Part shown: positions 1 through 7,834 of the stretch, piece by piece | How positions within the stretch are numbered: the stretch's first letter is position 1 | How the letters are laid out: the number at the start of each line of letters is the position of its first letter | Assembly: GCA_963716725.1 (NCBI GenBank) | Contig: CAVQUB010000001.1 | Location: 160,001 to 224,000, forward strand | Direction of reading: 5' to 3' | From: an uncultured delta proteobacterium | Lineage (GTDB): Bacteria > Myxococcota_A > Polyangia > Polyangiales > Polyangiaceae | DNA length: 64,000 nucleotides | Translations under genes and position numbers: made by a program | The notes under the pieces: generated by a model | Told to the model about the DNA's origin: nothing | What the model saw: the letters and a program-made list of their open reading frames with translations, nothing else | Database searches by the model: none

Positions 1-192
1 CCCGTGCGTGCTCTTCACGACATGAGCAGCCGCTCCGGCCGCGCCTACGACCACCGGATCAAGGAGCAACTCGTACGGACCCGAAACTCGGACCTGTTCC
101 CGGAGCTCGGCATCCCGCGATCGACAGCGGAGCGCGGCGGGGCTCAGCCCTTCGCCCCCATCAACCTCGCCGCCTCGATCGCTCCATACGTA
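1..192. repeat. Direct-repeat copy of 19784-19977: IS transposase 5' fragment fused to the last 49 bp of hemB (144-192)
   Basis: Near-identical to 19784-19977; both read M(S/N)[53 protein letters not shown]. Runs off the window start. Confidence 0.9.
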
Positions 193-197
193 TTGTC

Positions 198-387
198 CTG
201 CCTCCCCTCGCGTCGCTTCGCTCCGCGGTCCCCTCCAAGCCCGGTGCGCGCGAGCGGAGGCGCCTTGCCAAGATCACCAGCGCCGTTTCGATGCTCGCGC
301 GCACGCGGGCGCACGCGGGCGGAGGGGACGCGTCGTTCCGATCTCGGCGCCTGGTCGTGACTCGGGAGCAGGGGAGGCTCCGCGCTC
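198..387. repeat. Dispersed repeat A (MITE-like), copy 1
   Basis: Similar to 2651-2831; 9-bp inverted ends GCCTCCCCT (200-208) / AGGGGAGGC (370-378). Confidence 0.75.
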
Positions 388-531
388 CCTCGTCAGGGAC
401 TTGCCCCTCCGGGCACTTCCCAGGGTCGTCCCAGGGTCGTCGGTAGGTCGCGTCGTCGAGCTTCCGAGGGTCGGCGGATTGCACCACCGATACACGAGGC
501 TCGCTGCTTGATTACGATTCTGCCGGCGAAG

Positions 532-552
532 TTGGGTTTTCACCACCCACAG
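532..552 (-). mobile_element. Probable IS terminal remnant
   Basis: TTGGGTTTTCACCACCCACAG recurs as TTGGGTTTTCGCCACCCATAG at 2909-2929, each time shortly after a repeat A copy. Confidence 0.45.
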
Positions 553-767
553 CCAGAACTTCGACGTGATCAGGACGGAATCCCATGGTTGGCTGGCGTC
601 GCAGCATCGGACGAATCGCGATGTGCCGCGTTGACCCGAACGCGTGCGCCTACACTGGTCAGGTGGCAACGGACACTAATCTCTTCGCCAGGCTGCCCGC
701 GGCGTGAACATGACGCTTCTTCCAAACGGATGGGTCAGGTAGCCATGACAGGAAATTGCCAATGCCG

Positions 768-1421
768 CTAGTCCGGCGCGGCGGCGCGGCGAAGGCGGCG
801 TACTAGGTCGGCGATGTAGCTGCGGAGCTCTCCGGCTTCGACGTTTGCGGGCAAGGAGACGCCATCCGGGATCTCAACCTGCGACAGCAACCATGCGAGC
901 GTCGCTGGCGTGCAACCGCCGTCTTTGTCGAGCGCGGCCGACAGCGCATTTTCCACTCGGTATCCGGCGCGTTCGAGCAACATGACATCAATGACGTCGC
1001 GCTCTTCCGCGCGACTGACCAGTGTGTTCAGCTTGTTGGCTAAGATCTCCTCAGGAGGGTCGACCAGCACGCCATCGTGATCCGGTTTGTCCGCGCAGAG
1101 CTGCTTGACGCGCTCCAGCACCAAGTCGACCAGCAGCGTTTCGCCGCTTCGGGAAACGCCGTAGCGACGAAAGCCTGGTGCGTCCTGGAGGATTTCCAAT
1201 TCGGCGGCTAGCGACTCCGCTAGGTCCGCCATCACGTGGCGTCCGCGCTCGAACGCGATCGGATCCATGGTGAACAGGTCCAGGTCCGTTGTGGTTCTGT
1301 GCCGCAAATGAAAACCGGCCAACGCCCCGCCACCAGTGAGAAAGAAGCCGCGCTCACGTTCGAAGAACGCCCCGAGCACCTCGCCCTGCAGGGGGCTCAG
1401 TAGGCCGAGCTCTTTTTTCAC
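768..1421 (-). CDS. Nucleotidyltransferase AbiEii/AbiGii-family toxin
   Basis: FFLTGGGALAGFHLRHRTTTDLDLF (GG..AL, R.T.DLD), later ILANKL and ERDVIDV. Confidence 0.85.
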   Translation of the reverse strand: MKKELGLLSPLQGEVLGAFFERERGFFLTGGGALAGFHLRHRTTTDLDLFTMDPIAFERGRHVMADLAESLAAELEILQDAPGFRRYGVSRSGETLLVDLVLERVKQLCADKPDHDGVLVDPPEEILANKLNTLVSRAEERDVIDVMLLERAGYRVENALSAALDKDGGCTPATLAWLLSQVEIPDGVSLPANVEAGELRSYIADLVRRLRRAAAPD

Positions 1422-1451
1422 TCCGAATTCAACCTCGGCATCGGTCGGCGC

Positions 1452-1757
1452 TCATGCCGCGATGATGCCGTCCTCGCGCCAACCGTTTATGAGAAACTCC
1501 CAGAACGCGCGGCGGCGACCGAGCGTTCGACCAAGGGCAGGCAGCTCACGCGCAACCTCTTCGGGAGTTGTGAACAGCCACACGTCGATATCCCGAGCCT
1601 CCCGCAGCATCTTGCCCAACAGACGGAGGCGCTCCCGCTCGTCATCGCCGCTGAGCTTGGCGCGCAACTCGTCGATGGAGACGTCCTCGTCCCAAAGGAA
1701 ATACGGGCGCTTGTCCCCTTTGGAAAAGTCCGTCGTGAGCGGGCGCATGCGTTTCAA
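1452..1757 (-). CDS. Small putative antitoxin upstream of the AbiEii-like toxin
   Basis: 101-aa ORF with PYFLWD and RRRAFWEFL, co-oriented 30 bp upstream of the toxin. Confidence 0.7.
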   Translation of the reverse strand: MKRMRPLTTDFSKGDKRPYFLWDEDVSIDELRAKLSGDDERERLRLLGKMLREARDIDVWLFTTPEEVARELPALGRTLGRRRAFWEFLINGWREDGIIAA

Positions 1758-2063
1758 AGCTTATCACGCACCTCGTAGCTGGACGAGGTTTTCCCGTGGC
1801 ACTGCCATCGCCCTGGTCGCCCGGCGGTTTGTCCGTGCAAGCGATGAACACGATCGAGTCCTTCTTGGGCGTGTCACTGCCGACGAAGCGCAGGTTGCGC
1901 TGAGGGTGGCAGTCCTTCACCAACTCCGGATTGCCCTCCACGACCGCACACGTCGGTCGACGTGCTGCCGTCCGGGTTCCGTGTGATCCTCCTGTGGTGG
2001 CTACTTCGCACATCCGCGACATGATCGCGCCGAAAGCGGCCGAGAACAAGACTTGAAGATGTC

Positions 2064-2240
2064 GTGGGCGTGACCGACAACTCGAGCGTGGTCACGCTGC
2101 TCATCGAACGGATCCGCGGCGCCGTGGCCGGGCTGCTCGCCCGAGGTCGGGCGGTCGCGCGGGAAGCGGCGCGACCCAGGCCAGTGCTGATCGGCCTGGC
2201 GGTCGATGCGTTCCGATCACGCGAGGAGCTTTTGGTCGAC
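2064..2240 (+). pseudogene. N-terminal fragment of an integrase-core transposase
   Basis: AARPRPVLIGLAVDAFRSREELL resembles the N-terminus of integrase-core transposases, then breaks off. Confidence 0.4.
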
Positions 2241-2264
2241 GACCCTGGGAAGTCCCACCCCTTC

Positions 2265-2375
2265 GGCTCATGATTGATCGGATCTCGTGAGGGACGGGGC
2301 TACCAGAAGCTCCTCGACTACGAGATCGGCTTCCGAGCTGCCCGGTCCCAGATGGGATCCGATCAATCATGAGCC
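2265..2375. repeat. Long hairpin with perfect 20-bp inverted arms
   Basis: GGCTCATGATTGATCGGATC (2265-2284) / GATCCGATCAATCATGAGCC (2356-2375); imperfect pairing continues inward. Confidence 0.85.
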
Positions 2376-2445
2376 CTTCGGGTATCGCGAAGCGCGTCTC
2401 ACAGCGCGCATCATCGCACGGCGAGGGCTGGCAGCGCGTTGAGTC

Positions 2446-2613
2446 TCGATGCCGTTCGGTCTTCCCCGGCGCCGCGTCCGGGCTGTGCCCGGGTGGCGCA
2501 CGGGTCGCGCCAGGCGCGTCGGAACGGTGAAGCATCAAGCTAGTTTTGGGAGAACTGCCCATCGCGCTCCGTCGCGCTCCGCGCCTGTCACGCCCCCTGC
2601 GCCGTGATCGGGC
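2446..2613. repeat. Dispersed repeat B, copy 1
   Basis: 168 bp near-identical to 14084-14251; internal hairpins CCGGGC-TGT-GCCCGG and TGGCGC...GCGCCA. Confidence 0.85.
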
Positions 2614-2650
2614 AAAGCCCGGACGCGACGCCGGGGGGCCAGGAGTGGTG

Positions 2651-2831
2651 CTGCCTCCCCTCGTCTCGCTTCGCTCGCCGGTCCCCTCCAAGCCCGGTGC
2701 GCGCGAGCGGGTGGCGCCTTGCCAAGACCCCACACGCCTTGCCGATGATCGCGCGCACGCGGGCGGAGGGGACGCGCCGTTCCGATCTCGGCGCCTGGTC
2801 GTGACTCGGGAGCAGGGGAGGCTCCGCGCTC
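2651..2831. repeat. Dispersed repeat A, copy 2
   Basis: Similar to 198-387. Confidence 0.75.
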
Positions 2832-2976
2832 GAGGCCACTCACTTCGATGACGGCATCGTGAGCTTCCGAGCCGAAGGCACGGCGTGGTCACAGCTCTCC
2901 CGACGAGTTTGGGTTTTCGCCACCCATAGGAACTGCGCTCGCGCTCGTGGCCTCCGCGCAGGCCCTCCGACGTCGG

Positions 2977-3004
2977 TGGTGGCGGTGGGGGGATTTGCAC
3001 CCCG
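2977..3004 (-). other. tRNA-like 3' half (T-arm, acceptor strand, CCA); possible att-site relic
   Basis: Minus strand reads CGGGG-TGCAAAT-CCCCC-CACCGCC-A-CCA; no 5' half upstream. Confidence 0.45.
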
Positions 3005-3053
3005 GTGCCTTCTGGCACAGAGTGGCTCCGGCCGAACGATGGGGAGGGCGAAG

Positions 3054-3746
3054 ATGTCAGGAAGCATGCTTCGTCACACGGTGGTCATCGCGGTAGCAAC
3101 GATCGCGGCGAGTCTCTCTGGTTGCTCGTGCGACGACGAAAGCGGCGCGACGAAGAAGCAGCAGCCACCGGCATGCAGCGCCCACCCGTCGAATCCCGCA
3201 TGCTTTCAGTGCGCTCAGAGCGCCTCGGGTGAGTGCGACTGCTTCTACCCCGACTATACGAGCTGCGCGGGCAGCTTGCCGCCCGATCCCGCGCCGCTCG
3301 GACGGCAGGTGAGCTTTCTCTCGACGGGGAAACCCTCGATCCAGGCGGATGCGACCGGAACCAGCGTGAGCTCGAAGCTCGACGCGGTGCGCGTGAGCGT
3401 GATCGCTGGGACGGTCAACGGCCCAACCGGAAAGGCCGCGAAGCTCAGCGGCCTCCCCGGTGCGACGGTCAAGGTCGTCAGCGATCCGAGCCTCGGCCAA
3501 GTCCAGACCGAGTGGGGAAGCCCCGATGCCTCGGTGACACCAACGGGTCGCTTTTTCATAGCGGTGAATGCCGGGGTCCCCGTGCGCCTGCGCTTCGAGA
3601 AGGCTGGGTTTCTGAGCGCCGAGCGGGTGGTCGATCCCGTGGCGGGCCAGTACGTGAAGCTGGATCCAGTAGAGCTCGTTCGACTCGACTCCGAGACGTC
3701 GGTCACGCCCGGGGCCGCGACCTGGACGGTCGTGTCGGGCCTCGAG
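3054..3746 (+). pseudogene. Truncated lipoprotein resembling the N-terminal region of bacterial teneurin-like/RHS-YD proteins
   Basis: RBS GGGGAGGG; lipobox-like LSGC; GRFFIAVNAGVPVRLRFEKAGFLSAER..V.LVRLD resembles the transthyretin-like domain of teneurin-like proteins; cut at the transposon end (3747). Confidence 0.5.
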
Positions 3747-3922
3747 TGTAGTTTCCCACGCTCTTCCCCCGCCTGAATCCCGGGCATTTTCGTGATGCCC
3801 TCGGGGTGGTTTCCCGGAGTGCGGTGGTCGAGTGGGCGTGGCGAGGTGGTGGCAGAAAGAGAGCGGCCCGACGGAGACGTGGATCTCCGCCGGGCCTTGT
3901 GGACCGTCGCCGGGCGCTGGGC

Positions 3923-4720
3923 TCAGGTGACTTCGGCCATGGCGGACTGGATGTGCTCGGTCGTGACGGTCCTGCTCTTGGTGAGCGCGGCGGCCATGAG
4001 CGCGTGGTGAGCGAGCAGGTTCACCTTCCGGGGCAGGCCGTTCGACGCCTGGAAGATCGCCTCCTGGGTTGCGGGCTCGAAGAGTTCGAGCTCGGTTCCG
4101 GCGAGTCGGAGCAGGTGCGTGAGGTACGGGCCGAGCTCGTCACGGGCAAGACCCGGGACGTGAGCGCGCACGACGACGCGCTGCGAGAGTGCCTCGTGCA
4201 CCGCCATGCCGAGGCGGCGGCGCAGTTCCGGGTGTCCGACGAGGACCAGGCAGAGGCGGTTGTCGGAGTCCATCGCGTAGTTGGTGAGCAGGCGCAGGTC
4301 CTCGAGCACGTCGCTCCTGAGGTGATGAGCTTCGTCCACGATCAGGATCGGTTTCTGCCGGGCCTCGCTGCAGAGCCGCGTCACCTCGGTCCGGATCTGC
4401 CGGAACAGTGCGGCGCGGTTGCGCTCGGTGGGTAGGCCGATCTCCCAGGCGATGGTCTTGTAGAGATCCATCACGTTGCCGGTGGTGAGCGACACGTAGA
4501 GGACGCGGTGCAGACCCGTGTGGAGACCGGCGACGATCTTCCGACACGCGGTGGTCTTGCCGCTGCCGCTCTCACCGGTGACCACACCGATGCCGCGCAA
4601 GTCGAGGAGATGGGCGAGCCGGGCGTCGAGTTCTCGGAGCGCACCGGAGGCGAAGAGCTCGTCGGGCTCGATGTTTTTGGCGAAGGGGTGGCGGGTGAGG
4701 CCGAAGTGCTTGCGGTACAT
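3923..4720 (-). CDS. ExeA/TniB-like AAA ATPase (transposition helper)
   Basis: MYRKHFGLTRHPF start, Walker A GESGSGKT, Walker B ILIVDEAH, GLPRKVN. Confidence 0.9.
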   Translation of the reverse strand: MYRKHFGLTRHPFAKNIEPDELFASGALRELDARLAHLLDLRGIGVVTGESGSGKTTACRKIVAGLHTGLHRVLYVSLTTGNVMDLYKTIAWEIGLPTERNRAALFRQIRTEVTRLCSEARQKPILIVDEAHHLRSDVLEDLRLLTNYAMDSDNRLCLVLVGHPELRRRLGMAVHEALSQRVVVRAHVPGLARDELGPYLTHLLRLAGTELELFEPATQEAIFQASNGLPRKVNLLAHHALMAAALTKSRTVTTEHIQSAMAEVT

Positions 4721-6123
4721 CAGAGGAGGTCCCCCTCGTCGTCGCCAGCGCCGCCCTGCTGGTTGTCCCCGACATCGAAGTCGAAGTCGCTCAAGCGCAT
4801 GCCGGGGGGCGGCTCGTCCACGGGCTGAGATGGATGCAGGGCCTTCGTCGTGTGATCGCGTCGGACGAAACAGTTGGCGTAGACGTCGACACGGCGAGCG
4901 ATCTGGATCTGCTTTCCGCGATGCCAGACCTGGACGGCACGTGTCTCTCGCGGACGCGCCGGATCGAAGCGAAGGACGACGGTCTCGCCGACGAGCATCG
5001 CGTCCACTTCGTAGGCCACGCTGTCGAGCGACACGGTGCGGTCGGCCTGCACACGGCGCTTCTGCTCGAAGAGAAACAGATCGGCGAGGTCGCTCGACGA
5101 CTGGCGCACCTCGTCTGAGCGCATCGCCCAGCGATCCGCGGGCGTCTCACCGTCGAGTCCGCGGTGGGGACTCCGATGATACTCACCCTCGACCCACGCC
5201 CAGAGACGGCGGTTGAGTGCTTCGAGACTCCGCCTGTCCTCGGGCTGGAGCGTCGGCAGGAGCTGAAGACGCACGGTCCGAAACCACCGCTCCATCTTTC
5301 CTTTTCCCTGGGGCGTGTAGGGACGCGCGTGGATCAAGGTGATGCCGAGCTTCGCGCACACGAGCGCCAGGTGCTGTGCTTTGAAGGCGGCACCGTTGTC
5401 GACGTAAAGCCGCTTGGGGATCCCGCGGCGGCAGATCCCTTGCTCGAGCACGCTGAGAAGGGTCGCGGCGTTCTCGCTGAGCGCGAAGGCCGCATACGGC
5501 ACCATCCGTGTCGCGTCGTCGATGACGGCGAGCAGGTACGTCTTCCGCTGCCGCCCGGACACGGCGACGGCGGGGCCGTGCATCACGTCGCTCATCCACA
5601 GTTCGCCCGCCTTCTCGAAGGCGAAGCGTCGGCGGTCCTTCGCCGTCGGCTCGCCCTGCTTCTTCTGCATGAGTCCGGCCCGAGACAAGATCCGGTGCAC
5701 CGTCGATGGCGCAAGCGTGACCCCCTCCGGGATCTTCGCGAAGCGCGTCACGTGCGCGATGACGAGTCCGACGCTGAAGTCCGCGTGCTGCTCTTTCGTC
5801 TCGCAGAGCAGATCCGCGATCTCCCGGGGAATGGCGCGAGCCGAGCCCTCGTCCCGTCGGATCTTCGGGACAAGGGCGTCGAAGCCGCCGCGTCGGTAGT
5901 CCGCAAGCCATCCGCGGATCGTTTCGGCCTGGACCTTCCGCCGGAGCGTTCCGGGGATCTCCCAGTCCTTCTCCGCCTTCTCGCGCAGCTTCGCGTACAT
6001 GCCGCGCGCACCGCGCTCGAGGTGGAGCAGATCTGCGATCACGCCATAACGGAACAGCGCGATCTGCTTTCTGCGCTCGGCGTCAGCGAGCGTGCGTTCG
6101 TTTTCGGGGGTCGGTGTCCTCAT
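4720..6123 (-). CDS. DDE transposase (integrase core with Mu-like C-terminus)
   Basis: LWMSDVMHGP, VIDDATR, LYVDNGAAF, PQGKGKMERWFRT, C-terminal RRVQADRTVSL. Confidence 0.92.
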   Translation of the reverse strand: MRTPTPENERTLADAERRKQIALFRYGVIADLLHLERGARGMYAKLREKAEKDWEIPGTLRRKVQAETIRGWLADYRRGGFDALVPKIRRDEGSARAIPREIADLLCETKEQHADFSVGLVIAHVTRFAKIPEGVTLAPSTVHRILSRAGLMQKKQGEPTAKDRRRFAFEKAGELWMSDVMHGPAVAVSGRQRKTYLLAVIDDATRMVPYAAFALSENAATLLSVLEQGICRRGIPKRLYVDNGAAFKAQHLALVCAKLGITLIHARPYTPQGKGKMERWFRTVRLQLLPTLQPEDRRSLEALNRRLWAWVEGEYHRSPHRGLDGETPADRWAMRSDEVRQSSSDLADLFLFEQKRRVQADRTVSLDSVAYEVDAMLVGETVVLRFDPARPRETRAVQVWHRGKQIQIARRVDVYANCFVRRDHTTKALHPSQPVDEPPPGMRLSDFDFDVGDNQQGGAGDDEGDLL

Positions 6124-6174
6124 CGGAGTTCTCTTTCGGTGTCGGCCCGGGTCCGTCCCGGGCACACCAACCCG

Positions 6175-6852
6175 CTATCGGTCCCGCCGAGGAGGGTCCG
6201 GCCCCGTTTCGTGTGGGGTCGGCTCTCGCGATGCTTGCCGCGCTCGCCCTCGCGCCCGCAGTCCGACCGGCGCTGGCATGGCGGCCAGGTGAATGGCCGC
6301 GGCCGACCGCAGCGCCACGAGCGCATCCGACACCCCGAGTCGTTGCCGCACCGCGCCGAGCGTCGCCGGGCAGCCCGTGAGCGCCGGCACCAGCGTCACT
6401 GCCGCCACGAGCGCCGCGTGGACAGCAACACGCCGCCGCCGGAGCCACCGCAGCGCGCTTGGAAGCGTCACCGCGTCCGCTGCGATCGCGGGGCGCACCT
6501 TCTCGGCGACCGCCTCCAGACTCTTGGCGCTCTCGGCCACCTCGACGGCCCGCTCGACCTCCTCGAGCGTGCCCGACAGTCGGGAAGCCAGAAAATCAGG
6601 CAAAAGGCTGATAGTCACCCGAGCCCGCGGGCACCAGAACCGGGCGACGCGGACGCCGACGGGGCGGACCCGACCGTAGCTCCCGCGCCCCGCGAGACCG
6701 CAGCCGCCCTCCGGGTGCAGCGGGCACCGCTCCAAACTTGCGGCCCGCCACGCCTGCTCGGTAACGTACCGCTCGCTGGTGAGGGTCGTCTCGTAACGGA
6801 CAACCAATCCTTCGCTGGCCGGGTCCGTGCGGGTGCTACCGCGACGGACCAA
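6175..6852 (-). CDS. Transposon accessory protein, Cys/His-rich
   Basis: CPLHPEGGC...RFWCP...TISLLPDFLA; first gene of the element; start uncertain. Confidence 0.7.
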   Translation of the reverse strand: MVRRGSTRTDPASEGLVVRYETTLTSERYVTEQAWRAASLERCPLHPEGGCGLAGRGSYGRVRPVGVRVARFWCPRARVTISLLPDFLASRLSGTLEEVERAVEVAESAKSLEAVAEKVRPAIAADAVTLPSALRWLRRRRVAVHAALVAAVTLVPALTGCPATLGAVRQRLGVSDALVALRSAAAIHLAAMPAPVGLRARGRARQASREPTPHETGPDPPRRDR

Positions 6853-7397
6853 CCTTCTCCGGCGATCAGCTTTCCGCGGATCAGCCTCTCAGGAAAAAAG
6901 AACGGCGAAGCTCTCCGGAGTCCGAACCCGGCTCACCCGAAACAACGAGCGCCCAGACCGACACCACGACCGCGGGGGATCACGACGGAGGGTGACGGCC
7001 TACACCCCCCATACCCTCCGACGCGCCCTGCGACCACCTCCCGCGCCGAAATCTCTCCTCGGCGCCGCTGCCCGCTGCGCGCTGCCCGCTGCCGCCCACA
7101 TCCTCCAGGCCACCACCGACGCGGGCTTGTAACACCTACGCGCTCGCTCGGTTGGTCAGCTGTGCCATCGTCACCCCTCCGGTTTCGGTGTTCTGACCTC
7201 TCACCTCTCAGCGGTAAGTTCGGAGCGGGCTCGGGTCAACGCGCGGAATCGACAAATGTCGATCGAGCTCCCTCGCGATGGGCAGCCCGCGACGCCTTCC
7301 GGAAAGGGCTTCGTGCCGCGAGTCGCGGCCCTGCAGGACCCCCACAACCGCTTGCGCGCGTTTCATGCCGGGCGTAGCCTGCATGGGGGAGGGCACA

Positions 7398-7769
7398 ATG
7401 CAGCTATTCCACGTGCTCGTTTTCGACGACGCGCTCGAAGACACGACCTCGGTGTACATCGATCCGAAGTTCAACGCAGATCTTGCTGCGGCCGACAATC
7501 TTCAGATCATGGGTGTCGCGACGCAGATCAGCGGCACGACGCCCACGCTCACCGTCCAGGTCGAGCACTCGCCCGACAATCGACACTTCGCTCCCAAGAG
7601 CCGCACGGCGGAAATCGGTGCTGCCTCCCTCGCTTCACCGCCCGTCCTCGTCAGCGGCACCGACCCTGGGACGGTCCCATCCGGAGGGTTCGTGCGCCTC
7701 CGAATCGCGCTGGGCGGGACTGCTCCAAAAGCGAGACTCCGTCTCTGGGTCACCGGGCGGTCCTTCTAG
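7398..7769 (+). CDS. Small hypothetical beta-rich protein
   Basis: RBS GGGGGAGGG; alternating beta pattern, SGTTPTLTVQVEHSPDN. Confidence 0.7.
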   Translation: MQLFHVLVFDDALEDTTSVYIDPKFNADLAAADNLQIMGVATQISGTTPTLTVQVEHSPDNRHFAPKSRTAEIGAASLASPPVLVSGTDPGTVPSGGFVRLRIALGGTAPKARLRLWVTGRSF

Positions 7770-7834
7770 CCCGGCGGCACCCGCCGTGGCCGAGTCGCGC
7801 GGTGGATGCGTGACCTGATCGGATAGTCGGTCGC

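Larger units (their letters stand above)
3747..7004 (-). mobile_element. Three-gene transposon (accessory ORF, DDE transposase, AAA ATPase)
   Basis: Imperfect inverted ends TGTAGTTTCCCACGCTC (3747) and TGTAGGCCGTCACCCTC (reverse from 7004); shared subterminal TCGTGAT..CC..GG..GTGGT; no target duplication visible. Confidence 0.65.

Noticed and set aside
2265..2375. Integron attC site
   Set aside because: Lacks RYYYAAC/GTTRRRY cores; no integron integrase nearby.
2977..3050. Complete tRNA gene
   Set aside because: No D-arm, anticodon arm or 5' acceptor strand.
3923..4720. Type II secretion ExeA
   Set aside because: Coupled to a transposase, lacks the membrane/peptidoglycan-binding part, and has no T2SS neighbours.
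7128..7134. TGTAACA as the transposon right end
   Set aside because: The end at 7004 matches the left end and the subterminal motif better.
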